Of a stretch of 64,000 bases of DNA, positions 31,208 through 41,791 are shown piece after piece. How positions within the stretch are numbered: position 1 is the first letter of the stretch; each line of letters starts with the position of its first letter. The position numbers and the translations under genes are program-made. Source of the DNA: Kiritimatiellia bacterium (GTDB lineage: Bacteria; Verrucomicrobiota; Kiritimatiellia; CAIVKH01); NCBI GenBank assembly GCA_025054615.1, contig JANWZO010000006.1, forward strand, positions 7,596-71,595. Reading direction: 5' to 3'. Below the pieces are notes generated by a model. That model did not search any database, was not told where the DNA came from, and was given only the letters and a program-made list of their open reading frames with translations.

Positions 31208-31924
31208 ATGCAACAGTCGCCAACCCCCCGGCGCGGCGCTCCCTTGATGGAGGTTTTCGATGCGTTATTGCGGCATTTCGGCCCGCAGCGCTGGTGGCCC
31301 GCCCGAACGAAATTTGAAATGATGGTCGGCGCCATTCTAACCCAGAACACTGCCTGGTCCAATGTGGAGAAGGCCATTGCTCGGCTGCGTGCGGCCGGCG
31401 CGCTGGATCCGAAACGGCTCCATGAGGCGCCGCTGGAGAGGGTGGCCGAGTGGATCCGGCCGGCGGGATATTTTAACGTGAAGGCTCGGCGGCTGCGTGC
31501 ATTCACGACATGGCTCGTAGACCGATATGACGGGTCGGTGCGCCGGATGCTCCGCGAACCTCCGGACCGCCTGCGCGCCGAGCTTCTAGGGGTGAAAGGG
31601 ATCGGCCCGGAAACGGCGGACAGCATCCTGCTCTATGCTGCCGGACATCCGATTTTTGTGGTGGACGCATACACGCGCCGTTTTCTGTCTCGGCATGGGT
31701 GGCTCCCGCAGAAGGCCTCGTATGAGCAAACGGCTGCGCTTTTTGAGGCCAATCTCCCGAAAGATCCTGCGCTATACAATGAGTACCACGCACTAATTGT
31801 CGCCCTTGGAAAAACCTTCTGCCGCGCGAGGCCACGGTGCGCCGACTGTCCGCTACGCAGATGGCTGCCGGGGCCTTCGTTCGAGGAAACGGCAGAGCGA
31901 TCCATCCATCGACTGGCGCGATAG
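31208..31924 (+). CDS. Endonuclease III-related HhH-GPD DNA glycosylase with 4Fe-4S motif
   Basis: GAILTQNT.W.NVEKAI, GIGPETADSILLYA, VVDAYT.R, FC...P.C..CPL. Confidence 0.92.
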   Translation: MQQSPTPRRGAPLMEVFDALLRHFGPQRWWPARTKFEMMVGAILTQNTAWSNVEKAIARLRAAGALDPKRLHEAPLERVAEWIRPAGYFNVKARRLRAFTTWLVDRYDGSVRRMLREPPDRLRAELLGVKGIGPETADSILLYAAGHPIFVVDAYTRRFLSRHGWLPQKASYEQTAALFEANLPKDPALYNEYHALIVALGKTFCRARPRCADCPLRRWLPGPSFEETAERSIHRLAR

Positions 31925-32036
31925 GCAACCGCCGCGACCCCGCCGAGGTCCGCTTCGAAATGCGTTTGGGGCTTGCGTTGGGCGGCGAAAAGACGGATTG
32001 TGGCCTTTGACGAGCATGAATGTGGGAGAGCTGAAG

Positions 32037-32261
32037 ATGATGCTGCCGCTCGCGCAATTCGTTCAGAACATCGGCATGACCCAATTGCTGTTGATTCTGA
32101 TCGTGCTGATTCTGCTGTTCGGGTCTAAGAAGATCCCGGACCTTGCCCGGGCGCTCGGCAAAAGCATCGGTGAATTCAAAAAGGGCCGCGAGGAAGGGGC
32201 GAAACCGGAGGAAGCGCAAAAATCCCGTTCGTCCTCTGACGACGCGTCGCGCAGCGCCTGA
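32037..32261 (+). CDS. tatA: Twin-arginine translocase TatA/TatE
   Basis: GM.QLLLILIVLILLFG.KKIPDLARALGK.I.EFKKG; GGAGAG before ATG 32037. Confidence 0.93.
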   Translation: MMLPLAQFVQNIGMTQLLLILIVLILLFGSKKIPDLARALGKSIGEFKKGREEGAKPEEAQKSRSSSDDASRSA

Positions 32262-32348
32262 AGTTCGGCGACGACGCATGATCGCGGCCGCACGCACGGC
32301 CGTCACGGAACGGGCAATTTTCCCCATCGCGCACCAGTGCTCGCGCCG

Positions 32349-33452
32349 TCACGGGGTGGTCGTGGCGGAGGACGGATTGGATTCCGGCTCTTGTGCCGGA
32401 GCGTTGGCAAAGGCCTCAAATGCAGGGTCGTTCCGAATGGGGTCGAAATCTGCGCTTCGCGTCCATGCGAGAACAAACGGCGAACCGTGGCGCTGCGCAG
32501 CCTCTCTGAGGAGGTCCACCGCCCCAGCGGCGTCACCTCTGCGCGCGCAGATTACGGCCAGGTTGTAGGCGGCAACAGAATTCGCCGGGTCGGACCTCAG
32601 CACATCGTAGAACGAGGCCTCGGCATTCTTCAGGTCGCCGAGGGCGGCAAACGAAAGCCCCATGCGAATTTTTACCGCCGCATTTTCGCGGTCAATCGCG
32701 GCGAGGCGGCGGAGATAATCCAGCGCCTCTCGGTGGCGGCGCAGGCCAGCTAGCGCCGAGGCGGCGACATCGAGGGCTTCCTGCGCATAGGGATCGGCTT
32801 CCAGGGCCCACTGGGCCGTAGCGAGGGCGGCTTCATACCGGCCCGCAGCCAGAAAGACCACGGCGAGCCGGATGCGGGCGGTTAGATTTTCAGGGTCGCG
32901 CGCTAGCACGGCACGCCACTCGCGCTCCGCCTCTGCGAAATTGCGCTCCCGCTCGTGCAGGCGCGCGAGCTCGGCGCGGCTGCGGGTGAGGTCGGGCGCG
33001 ACATCGACGGACTCCCGTAGTTTGGCAAGGGCTTGTTCGGTTTTACCCATCTCGGCCAGGACAGCGCCCTCTTGCGCCAGGTTCAGACCACGCTTCCAGG
33101 CATGAATGCTCGATTCGATTGGTTCAGAAGCTTCTTCGGAAGGGGGGGCTTCTTCTTTTTGCGCAGCGACAGGCTTTTTGTCCGCAGTCGGCGGCTGGAC
33201 GGCAAAAGGCTTGGCGTAGCGAGTATAACCTAGAAAAGCGGCGTAGGCGCAGGCCAAGGCAAACATGATCAGCCAGAACAGACGGTTGAAAGCGAAACTT
33301 CGAGCGTTGTGCTCGCCCCGCCGACGTTGCCGTAAGGGCGAACGGGGCGATCCGATCGTTATGCCTTCGTCACCATGGACAGAATTCGCCGCGCGGCGAG
33401 AAGGCGAGATCGAATCCGCCGACCACGGCGCCCATTTGCCGCCCGCATCCAT
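32349..33452 (-). CDS. Membrane-anchored TPR protein
   Basis: One TM followed by several TPRs and a C-terminal YNLA...A...L..A...DFD.IR.DP.F motif; start uncertain. Confidence 0.8.
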   Translation of the reverse strand: MDAGGKWAPWSADSISPSRRAANSVHGDEGITIGSPRSPLRQRRRGEHNARSFAFNRLFWLIMFALACAYAAFLGYTRYAKPFAVQPPTADKKPVAAQKEEAPPSEEASEPIESSIHAWKRGLNLAQEGAVLAEMGKTEQALAKLRESVDVAPDLTRSRAELARLHERERNFAEAEREWRAVLARDPENLTARIRLAVVFLAAGRYEAALATAQWALEADPYAQEALDVAASALAGLRRHREALDYLRRLAAIDRENAAVKIRMGLSFAALGDLKNAEASFYDVLRSDPANSVAAYNLAVICARRGDAAGAVDLLREAAQRHGSPFVLAWTRSADFDPIRNDPAFEAFANAPAQEPESNPSSATTTP

Positions 33453-33461
33453 GGGGAAGAA

Positions 33462-34655
33462 CTAATGGCAGTTTGAGGGTAGGTCAAGCTGGCGCTGCAA
33501 TTCGGGCGGCCACCCGATATTGGGGTCCGCCGTACAGAGCGAGGCGGCGATGGTGCGGGCTTCATCGGTACGATCCAATTGGAGGTAGGCCCTCATCAGG
33601 CATAACCCGACTTCCTTTCGAGCCTCCAAGGGGAGCAGCCCGGAGCGTTGCCACGCCTGTTCGAGCGCGCGGACCGCGTTGGGCCAGTCTTCTCGTCGGG
33701 CGTAGACAAAACCAAGGGTGTGCAAAAATCTGGGGTTGGACGGTTCCGATTCGAGGGCCCGTTTGGCGAGTTTGAGCGCATCATCCAGATTTCGGCGCTC
33801 ATGCGCGAGGAGGAATGCGAGGTTGTTGGCAGCGCGGGGTTGTTGAGCGTCGAGCTCGAGCGATCGCCGGAGGAGTTGTTCCGCCTCCTGGGCATTTCCC
33901 CGCGCGATGCTTCGACTGCCGAGCACAGACAGCACATCCGGGTTTTTCAGACCTTCTGCGAGCCATTCGCGGACGAGATCGTCCGCCACCTGCTCACGGC
34001 CGATCGCGTCATGGTACCGGATCCAGCTAAGTCGTTCCGAAGCGCTCAAAGGCCAGGCAACCTTCTCCGGCGGACAGGCGACTAGCATCCAGTTTCGGTA
34101 TAAGTGCCAACGCCGTCGAAACTCAGCTCCGCCCAACCTGAACGGCTTTCTGCCGGCGACTTCGCCGACAACGAAATCCTTTTCTTTGCTCAGAGAGCGG
34201 ATCACTGCAAAGCTCCGAATACGGCGCCGACCCGATGCCGATGCGAGTTGAACGACAACCGGTACCCTCGCATCCACGCGACGCGCGAGGTCTTCCCATG
34301 TTCCGTACATCGCGAAGGTCCACAAACCGGCGCTCGGCAGAGAGGCCAACAGAGCCTCCTCGATCGATCGGTCCGATCCCGTCTCCTTATCCAACTCTCG
34401 CAGCAACTCACTCGGCAGCACTGGTGAACGCCACTCGCGCAAAAGCACGTCGACGAGCCAGCGGCCGTCATCGGATCGACGGCTGTGGAAGTCGGCCTGC
34501 GGCGGTAAATCCGCATCCGCATTCGGCGACGGCTTTTTGGAGGCTCCGGGGCCCGTGCACCCCAGCAACGCCAGGGCGCACAGAGCCGCTGCAAATCGCG
34601 TCGAACCGAAGGCGTTACCGCACGACGCGGAGCTGGTCGTGAACCACTGCGACAC
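33462..34655 (-). CDS. Putative lipoprotein, degenerate peptidase C39-like domain plus TPRs
   Basis: Lipobox-like LALLGC; DL...V....PV.V.L and F...W....W.L recall C39-like folds; C-terminal TPRs (AANNLA, FLHTLG). Start uncertain. Confidence 0.6.
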   Translation of the reverse strand: MSQWFTTSSASCGNAFGSTRFAAALCALALLGCTGPGASKKPSPNADADLPPQADFHSRRSDDGRWLVDVLLREWRSPVLPSELLRELDKETGSDRSIEEALLASLPSAGLWTFAMYGTWEDLARRVDARVPVVVQLASASGRRRIRSFAVIRSLSKEKDFVVGEVAGRKPFRLGGAEFRRRWHLYRNWMLVACPPEKVAWPLSASERLSWIRYHDAIGREQVADDLVREWLAEGLKNPDVLSVLGSRSIARGNAQEAEQLLRRSLELDAQQPRAANNLAFLLAHERRNLDDALKLAKRALESEPSNPRFLHTLGFVYARREDWPNAVRALEQAWQRSGLLPLEARKEVGLCLMRAYLQLDRTDEARTIAASLCTADPNIGWPPELQRQLDLPSNCH

Positions 34656-34941
34656 CGGGGGTCCCGCGTATGATCCCGAGCAGCCTCAACCGCTCGGCTT
34701 CATTGCGCACATTCCCGCGGACGGTGACCTCCCCGCCCGCCACATCGATTCCGATCATTTGACCGCGAAGCCCGGAATCCATCTCGATCCTATGGCGAAT
34801 CATCGCCGACAGATCTCTGTCCGCTGCTGCCGGGCCGTCAACGGCTCGACCGGCTTCCTCTACCGTGGCGCAACCCGCTGCGCCCACCAGCCAGGCGACG
34901 GCAATGAGCGCGGCAAGGAAAGAAACCGTCCCCTTCGCCAC
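34615..34941 (-). CDS. BON-domain lipoprotein
   Basis: GTG start, lipobox AAGC, BON pattern D..L...I.....I.V..G.VT..G.V....PGV..V.DQL.V. Confidence 0.85.
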   Translation of the reverse strand: MAKGTVSFLAALIAVAWLVGAAGCATVEEAGRAVDGPAAADRDLSAMIRHRIEMDSGLRGQMIGIDVAGGEVTVRGNVRNEAERLRLLGIIRGTPGVAVVHDQLRVVR

Positions 34942-34971
34942 GCGGCGAATCCCAGTCTGTTGAAGCCTCAC

Positions 34972-34999
34972 TGGACAGCGGCTGGTTCGCAAGTATAGT
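34972..34999 (+). promoter_or_regulatory. Sigma70-like promoter of sodA
   Basis: TGGACA, 16 bp, TATAGT; followed by AAGGAG SD. Confidence 0.5.
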
Positions 35000-35028
35000 T
35001 TATGCCAAATACCAAGGAGTAAATCACC

Positions 35029-35658
35029 ATGCCTCATGCGTTACCTCCACTTCCATACCCTGCGAATAGTCTAGAACCTTATATTGATGAGCAAACCATG
35101 ATGATTCATCATGGTAAGCACCATGCGGCCTATGTGAACAACCTAAATGCCGCATTGGAAAAGTACCCGCATTTACAGTCCAAAACAATCGAGGAGCTGC
35201 TTTCCGACCTCAACAGCGTGCCCGCGGACATACGCGCTGCGGTTCGAAATAACGGGGGCGGCCATTGGAACCACACCTTTTTCTGGAACCTGCTGAAGAA
35301 GAACGAAGGGGCCGGCCCCGCCGGAAAACTCGCAGATGCGATCAACCGGCAGTTCGGTTCATTCGACGGCTTCAAGGATCAATTCACGAAGGCGGCGCTG
35401 GGCCGCTTTGGATCCGGTTGGGCATGGCTTTGCGTCAGATCTGACCACTCCCTCTGTGTCTGCTCCACCCCGAACCAGGATAATCCTTTGATGCTGGGCG
35501 TCACGGAGTGTCCGGGGACGCCAATCTTGGGGTTGGACGTGTGGGAGCATGCGTACTACTTGAAGTATCAAAATCGGCGGCCCGACTACGTGGCGGCGTT
35601 TTGGAATGTCATCGACTGGAACGCCGTCGCGGCCGCGTATGAGCGTTTGGTCGGCTGA
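35029..35658 (+). CDS. sodA: Superoxide dismutase, Mn-type signature
   Basis: [35 protein letters not shown]. Confidence 0.96.
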   Translation: MPHALPPLPYPANSLEPYIDEQTMMIHHGKHHAAYVNNLNAALEKYPHLQSKTIEELLSDLNSVPADIRAAVRNNGGGHWNHTFFWNLLKKNEGAGPAGKLADAINRQFGSFDGFKDQFTKAALGRFGSGWAWLCVRSDHSLCVCSTPNQDNPLMLGVTECPGTPILGLDVWEHAYYLKYQNRRPDYVAAFWNVIDWNAVAAAYERLVG

Positions 35659-35686
35659 TACTTGCAAATAGCCGGATGACATTCGG

Positions 35687-35716
35687 ACGCGGCCGCTTTT
35701 GCGGCCGCGTTTTTTT
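35687..35716 (+). terminator. Rho-independent terminator after sodA
   Basis: 10-bp stem ACGCGGCCGC/GCGGCCGCGT, TTTT loop, T tract. Confidence 0.9.
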
Positions 35717-35762
35717 GTCTAAATTGGCCGAAATTGTGTAAACTCTTTGTTTGGAGTCCGCC

Positions 35763-38363
35763 ATGGGCCCGACTGCATCGACGCCCAACGACCGAGTGCC
35801 GGCCGAATTTCATTTCGATCTGGCCAACCGGATCAGCGAGCTCGCGATGCGATGCGCATCAACCTCTTCTCTGGGTCGTGCGATCCATCAGTTGCTGACC
35901 GAATTTATACCCGCGGTCAATGTGTATATCGCGGTCTACGACGCCAGTGAATCGCTGATTCGATTCCCCTACTGGATGGACCGCTTTGACCCACCGCCCG
36001 GAATCAAAACGCCAAACGTCGGCCTAACCGAGTATGTGCTGCGGAAGGGGGTGGCTCTGTTTGCAGATGCCGAGCGTCTTGAAGAACTTGAACGGCTGGG
36101 GGATTGTCGCGTGCTGGGTACGCGCCCCCGTTATTGGGTCGGCATTCCTCTGATTCGTCGGGGCGAGACCTTTGGCGTGTTTGCCGTTCAAGCCTACGAC
36201 GGTGATCCAGCGCTCGAACCGCGTCATGCAGACCTTCTCGTGCATCTGGCGCCAACACTGTCGATGGCGATATTCGCCCAACAAATCGGTTATCGTCGAG
36301 ACCGTCGTGACGCGCTGCTCCGGGCGGCGGCGGACATCAGCCTCTATTTTCTGCGCGACATAGCTTGGGCAAGCCATGCGAAAGAGGCGCTGAGCCTCGT
36401 GGGTCGTGCGGCCGACGTCAGCCGGTCCTACCTCTTTCGGGTTGAGAAAATGGCGGATGGCCGGTTCCTTGCAGATCAGCTCTTCGAATGGACTGCCGAG
36501 GGAATTCATCCCGAGATCGACAACCCCCTCTTGCAACGACTTGATCTGGCGGCTGCGGGATTTCAGAGATGGATCGATTACCTCGTGAAGGGCGACCCGA
36601 TCAGCGGGCCCGTGGCGCAGATGCCCTTGACGGAGCAGCCGCTGCTTCGATCCCAGGGCATTTTGTCGCTGCATATCGCACCCATCCATGTCGATGGGGA
36701 ATGGTGGGGGTTTCTCGGTTTTGATGATTGCGTCATGCCGCGCGCGTGGTCGATTGCCGAGCGGGAGTCGCTCCGGCTCGTTGCGACGGTTTTTGCTCAG
36801 GCCATACTTCGGGAGCGGGTCTATGAACAATTCGAATTACAACGAGCCGCGCTGGGGGCGGTGGCCAACGGTGTTCTCATCACGGACCCGACCGGGGGCA
36901 TTTTGTGGGTGAACGACGCGCTATGTCGCCTGACCGGATATACGGCCGACGAGATGGTCGGTAGGACGCCCGCGCTCTTCAACTCGGGCAGGCACCCTCC
37001 CGAATTCTTTCGCAAGATGTGGGAGACTATCGGTCGCGGAATGGTCTGGGAGGGCGAGATCACGAACCGCAAAAAGGATGGGTCCCTGTGCACGGAGGAA
37101 ATGACCATCACTCCGATGCGCGACGCGACCGGCAAAATTCGGAACTACATCGCGATCAAACAGGACATTACCGAGCGCAAAATCTTCCAGCAGCATCTCG
37201 CGCAAATCCAAAAAATGGAGAGCCTTGGCCGTCTCGCCGGCGGTATTGCTCATGATTTCAACAATCTTCTTCAGGCCATCACGGGCTTCAGCTCCATGTT
37301 GCTGACGAACCTCAGTCACGATGATCCAAGGCGTGAGGACGTGCTCGAGATTCTGCAGGCCGCCCACCTGGCGACGGACCTGACCCGTCAGCTGCTGATG
37401 TTTGGACGGAGGAGCCCTCCCTCTTGGGACCGGATTCAGTTGAACGAAACCATCCAATCGGGCCTGAAAATGTTGCGCCGCCTGATCCGGGAGAACATCT
37501 CCATCGAAACCGACCTGGATCCCGATCTTCCGCTGATTTTGGGAGACTCCGGCCAGATCGCGCAAATTCTGGTGAATCTTTGCGTGAATGCCGGCGACGC
37601 AATGCCCGAAGGCGGCCGTTTGCGGTTGTCGACGCGAAAGACGGTTTTCCCGATGGATGCGGCGGCCGCCGGAAGCGTGGAGGAAGGGCAACCGGCGGCA
37701 CTTCTCGAAGTTTCGGACACGGGGGTGGGCATCGCGCCCGAAGTCATGGAAAAAATTTTCGAGCCCTTCTTCACAACGAAGGAGCCCGGACATGGGATCG
37801 GGCTTGGCCTGTCCGTCGTTTACGGAATCGTCCGCCAGCACCATGGACATATCGAGGTCAAAAGTCGGCTTCACGAGGGGTCGGTCTTTCGCATTTATTT
37901 CCCCGCGGCGCCGGCTGATCCTCAGGGGCAGCAAGAGGACGGAACGGCAAAACGCAACGAGTCGGTTGAGCCGGCGGGCGGACGCGGCGAGCACATCCTT
38001 GTTGTGGAGGACGAGCCGGGTGTCGGGCAATTTTGTCTTCGCATTCTGAGTTCAAACCGTTATCGCGTCACCCTCGCGAGGACCGCCGCAGAGGCGCGCG
38101 CCTGTTTTTACCGATCGAATTCCACGTTTGATTTGTTCTTCAGCGATGTCGTCCTGCCCGATGGTAGCGGCGTGGATCTGGCGAGGGAGTTTCGGCAAGT
38201 GCGCCCCGCCCTCAAAGTGCTGCTTTCCAGCGGCTATGCGAACCAGCAGGAGACATGGATGCGTCAACGCGAACGTTTTGATGGGTTTTTGCCCAAGCCC
38301 TATCACCCGTTTGCGCTTCTCCGCGAAATTCGCGCAGCGCTTGACGCCGCACCGCAATCATGA
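35763..38363 (+). CDS. Cytoplasmic hybrid histidine kinase (GAF-GAF-PAS-HisKA-HATPase-REC)
   Basis: H-box [13 protein letters not shown]-box [25 protein letters not shown] (VVEDE, SDVVLP, KPY); GGAG before ATG 35763. Confidence 0.93.
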   Translation: MGPTASTPNDRVPAEFHFDLANRISELAMRCASTSSLGRAIHQLLTEFIPAVNVYIAVYDASESLIRFPYWMDRFDPPPGIKTPNVGLTEYVLRKGVALFADAERLEELERLGDCRVLGTRPRYWVGIPLIRRGETFGVFAVQAYDGDPALEPRHADLLVHLAPTLSMAIFAQQIGYRRDRRDALLRAAADISLYFLRDIAWASHAKEALSLVGRAADVSRSYLFRVEKMADGRFLADQLFEWTAEGIHPEIDNPLLQRLDLAAAGFQRWIDYLVKGDPISGPVAQMPLTEQPLLRSQGILSLHIAPIHVDGEWWGFLGFDDCVMPRAWSIAERESLRLVATVFAQAILRERVYEQFELQRAALGAVANGVLITDPTGGILWVNDALCRLTGYTADEMVGRTPALFNSGRHPPEFFRKMWETIGRGMVWEGEITNRKKDGSLCTEEMTITPMRDATGKIRNYIAIKQDITERKIFQQHLAQIQKMESLGRLAGGIAHDFNNLLQAITGFSSMLLTNLSHDDPRREDVLEILQAAHLATDLTRQLLMFGRRSPPSWDRIQLNETIQSGLKMLRRLIRENISIETDLDPDLPLILGDSGQIAQILVNLCVNAGDAMPEGGRLRLSTRKTVFPMDAAAAGSVEEGQPAALLEVSDTGVGIAPEVMEKIFEPFFTTKEPGHGIGLGLSVVYGIVRQHHGHIEVKSRLHEGSVFRIYFPAAPADPQGQQEDGTAKRNESVEPAGGRGEHILVVEDEPGVGQFCLRILSSNRYRVTLARTAAEARACFYRSNSTFDLFFSDVVLPDGSGVDLAREFRQVRPALKVLLSSGYANQQETWMRQRERFDGFLPKPYHPFALLREIRAALDAAPQS

Positions 38364-41300
38364 CATGGATCACCAGCCACCTTGACCTGATTTACTTTCT
38401 ATATGGGGCCTCGTTCGCTCTGCTTGCGGCCCTTTCAGGAGCGGCGCAGGAGGCCAATCGACCGTCATCGGTTCGTTTGCCCTGGTTTTGGTTGAGTTTT
38501 TTTGCCTCTGTGCACGCGGTGCACGAGTGGCTCGTGATGGTCAACTTTTCGCTCGATTCCAGAGCGCTAAGGTTTTTGGGGCTCTTTTTCCTGGGTTCAT
38601 CGTACGCCCTGCTGTTTGAATTTGGCCGCCGCGGGGCGGGGAAAGCGGGGTTTGCATGGCGAGTCTACGCGCCCGCTGCTTCCGTAGTGACTTGTGGAAT
38701 CGCACCGACTTTCGTGGCTCTCGAAACGGCGGATGGCGCCGCCCGATTCTTCATCGGCTTTCCCGCGTCGCTGCTTTCCGCCTACGCGATGATCCGAATG
38801 GCCAGCGAGGGGTCGCCAGCCTCCGGTACCCGCTCGCTCCGGATGGCCGCTTGTGCGTTTGCCGTGTATGCCATTGCCGCTGGCGCGACCCCCCCGCCTT
38901 CGGCATTTCTTCCCGCGCGGGTCTGGAACACCGCGGCTTGGGCGTCGCTTCTGGGATTTCCGGTCGAACTGCTGAGAGCCGCCTGTGCTCTGACCCTTGC
39001 CGCGGCCATCTGGAAATTGTCACTGAACCCCGCCTCGCAAGGAATCATCGCCTCTGAACGCCGGTTCAATTTGTCATTACACGCAACTCTGGCCAGCGTC
39101 GCAGCTCTTTCTGTTCTGACAGTTTTGTCGGCATTCATGGTCGACCGCTTGTCGGCGTCGCAGATTCGGGACGAGATGATTCAAAAAATTCGCGCTGTGG
39201 CCGCGCTTTTGGATCAATCCATGCTCGAAGCGGTTGTGCGAGAATCTCCAGCCGAAACCAACCCCCTCATTCGGTCGCTGGAGAGGGAATTGACGCTGGC
39301 CAAACAGGCCTTTCCCGACATCGAACAAATTTACCTCTACACTCTTCAGGACGGTAAATTTGTTTTCTATGCCTCGTCCGAATCGAATCGGCCCGAGACG
39401 CGAGTCCGGCCCGGCGAAATTTTCGAAGGGGATGTTTTTCCCGAGGATTATGAAATCTTCGAAAACGGGGTGCCCTATACGATAGGACCGTTTCAGGACC
39501 GATGGGGCCGCTGGGTCAGCGCGCTTGCCCCTGCGCTGATCGACCCGAAAGCCGATCCGCCCGTGCGCATGGTTGCCGGACTCGACATGCCGGCTAATGT
39601 CTTCGAACGTGAAATTGGCCGCTGGCGGCTGGTGGCGCTGGGCATCGGCGCCTTGGTCATCTCGCTGTTGCTGGATCTCTTCTTGAGGCATCAGCGTCTT
39701 TGGTGGTTTGCGCAAAAGATGGCCGAAGCTGAGCGCTCACAGCGGGCGCTCAGCGAAGAGCTGGAGCGCCGGGTCGCTGAGCGCACCGGCCAGCTTGCGG
39801 ACGCCAACCAGGCCCTCATGCTCGAAATGGCGCGCTATCGCGAACTGGAGAACAAATATCGCTCCCTGACCGAACGACTGCCGGCTATTACATTTCGTGT
39901 CGATCTCATTCCGCGTCCGGTTACGACGTATGTTAGCCCCAGGCTTCAGGATATTTTGGGATACAGCCCCGCAGAATGGCTCGCCGATCCGGACATGTGG
40001 AAAAGGGTCTTACATCCGGAGGACCGCGATCGCGTCCTGGCCGCTCTAAAGGAAGCCGACCAACGCGGCACTTCCTTCAGCATTGATTTCCGCATGGCAG
40101 CCGCTTCGGGCAATTACCGCCATCTCCGCGCCATCATGACCTATGAACACCACGTGGATGGAAAGCCGGCCGTGGTTAATGGCGCGATGATCGATCTTAC
40201 CGAGGAAGTAGAGCGCGAAGCGCGACTGCGGGAAGCCGGCGAGCGGTATCGCCAGTTGTTCGAACGTTCGCCCATCGGCATTTTTCATTATGATCTGAAT
40301 TTGCGGATCACGGATGCGAATCAACGGTTCGCTTCATTGGTGGGTTTGACACGGGAGAGTCTGGCGGGAGCCGACCTTCACTCCCTCATCGGTTCAGAGG
40401 AACTCAACCAAGCCCTGGCGACCGCGCTTCGAGGCGGAGAAAGCTATATGGAGATTGCCGGCGGATTTGTGGGGGCGCCGGCGGACATCTGGCTGGGCAT
40501 ACGAACTCTGCCTCTGGTCGGCGCCAAGCACGCCGTTACAGGGGGCGTCGCGATTGTGGAGGATTTGAGCGATCGGCGACGAGCGGAGGAGGAACGAATG
40601 CGCACGCAAAAACTCGAATCTCTGGCCGTCATGGCTGGCGGTATCGCGCATGATTTCAACAACATTCTCACTTCGATCTTGGGCAATCTTTCCCTAATTC
40701 GAGCCATTCTGCCCTCGCAAACGCCCTTCGAGGAAATGCTCCATGACGCTGAGCGCGCCGCCCTCCGCGCACGCGACCTGACCCGGCAGCTTTTAGCCTT
40801 CACGAAGGGCGGCGCGCCGCAGAAAGCGCTTCACAATGTGCCGGGGCTGATCCGAGAAGCTGCCGACTTCTCACTGCGCGGCTCAGCAAGCCGGTGTGTC
40901 TTTGAGTTTGCAGCCGACACATGGAACGCCGAACTGGATGCCGGCCAGTTCAGCCAGGTCATCCAAAACCTCGTCATCAACGCCGATCAAGCGATGCCCC
41001 ACGGGGGGACGATTACGGTGCGCACCTCTAATCGAATGCTGCAGGCCGGCGAGGTGGCGGACCTGCCGGGTGGCGCGTACGTCCAGATTGAGGTATCGGA
41101 TACGGGAGTGGGGATCCCAGAACGAATCCGGAACCGCATTTTTGATCCATACTTTACAACCAAAGCTCAGGGAACCGGCCTGGGTCTCACGATCTGTTAT
41201 TCGATCGTGCGCAAACACGGCGGACACATTTCGGTCTCCTCCGTGGAAGGAAAAGGATCCACTTTCACGGTCCTTCTTCCCGCGGCTCCGGATCGCCGTC

Positions 41301-41791
41301 CTGACAAGTCCGAGGAATTGGATTCGCTGCCCGATTCCGTCATCCGCGGCCGCGTGCTGGTCATGGATGATGAGAAGTCAATCCTGGCGTTCGCGCGAAG
41401 AACCCTGGAAATGCAGGGATTCGAGGTCATTACAGCCGAAAACGGGGATGAAGCCATTCGGCTGGTTGATTCTGAACGGCGAGCCGGCCGCGTAATCGAC
41501 ATTGCGATTCTCGATATGACGATTCCCGGCGGCATGGGCGGCAAAGAGACCATCGGACCTCTGCGGGATGCGAATCCGGACCTCCCCGTGGTGGCGTCCA
41601 GTGGTTACACCGCCGAACTCCATCACGAAGAATTTGAGCGGTACGGATTCTCCGCCTCACTGTCCAAGCCGTACCGTGCCCAGGAACTAGTCCAGACCGT
41701 TCATCGCCTGCTTCTCCAGCGCCGCATGAAGCAGACGATTTCGCCGCGGGGGGAACCGGCTAATTCTCCTCTCTTGGGAAGCTCCTCATGA
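38360..41791 (+). CDS. Membrane hybrid histidine kinase (multi-TM, extracytoplasmic sensor, 2 PAS, HisKA-HATPase-REC)
   Basis: About 7 N-terminal TMs, GPFQDRWG.WVSA Cache-like segment, [19 protein letters not shown] (MDDE, LDMTIP, KPY); ATGA overlap. Confidence 0.93.
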   Translation: MTWITSHLDLIYFLYGASFALLAALSGAAQEANRPSSVRLPWFWLSFFASVHAVHEWLVMVNFSLDSRALRFLGLFFLGSSYALLFEFGRRGAGKAGFAWRVYAPAASVVTCGIAPTFVALETADGAARFFIGFPASLLSAYAMIRMASEGSPASGTRSLRMAACAFAVYAIAAGATPPPSAFLPARVWNTAAWASLLGFPVELLRAACALTLAAAIWKLSLNPASQGIIASERRFNLSLHATLASVAALSVLTVLSAFMVDRLSASQIRDEMIQKIRAVAALLDQSMLEAVVRESPAETNPLIRSLERELTLAKQAFPDIEQIYLYTLQDGKFVFYASSESNRPETRVRPGEIFEGDVFPEDYEIFENGVPYTIGPFQDRWGRWVSALAPALIDPKADPPVRMVAGLDMPANVFEREIGRWRLVALGIGALVISLLLDLFLRHQRLWWFAQKMAEAERSQRALSEELERRVAERTGQLADANQALMLEMARYRELENKYRSLTERLPAITFRVDLIPRPVTTYVSPRLQDILGYSPAEWLADPDMWKRVLHPEDRDRVLAALKEADQRGTSFSIDFRMAAASGNYRHLRAIMTYEHHVDGKPAVVNGAMIDLTEEVEREARLREAGERYRQLFERSPIGIFHYDLNLRITDANQRFASLVGLTRESLAGADLHSLIGSEELNQALATALRGGESYMEIAGGFVGAPADIWLGIRTLPLVGAKHAVTGGVAIVEDLSDRRRAEEERMRTQKLESLAVMAGGIAHDFNNILTSILGNLSLIRAILPSQTPFEEMLHDAERAALRARDLTRQLLAFTKGGAPQKALHNVPGLIREAADFSLRGSASRCVFEFAADTWNAELDAGQFSQVIQNLVINADQAMPHGGTITVRTSNRMLQAGEVADLPGGAYVQIEVSDTGVGIPERIRNRIFDPYFTTKAQGTGLGLTICYSIVRKHGGHISVSSVEGKGSTFTVLLPAAPDRRPDKSEELDSLPDSVIRGRVLVMDDEKSILAFARRTLEMQGFEVITAENGDEAIRLVDSERRAGRVIDIAILDMTIPGGMGGKETIGPLRDANPDLPVVASSGYTAELHHEEFERYGFSASLSKPYRAQELVQTVHRLLLQRRMKQTISPRGEPANSPLLGSSS

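Noticed and set aside
30226..31626. Long N-terminal extensions in the ORF track (era, OppF-like, coaD, kdsD, tatA, BON)
   Set aside because: They overlap neighbouring genes; internal starts supported by SD sequences, stop/start overlaps or family N-termini fit better.
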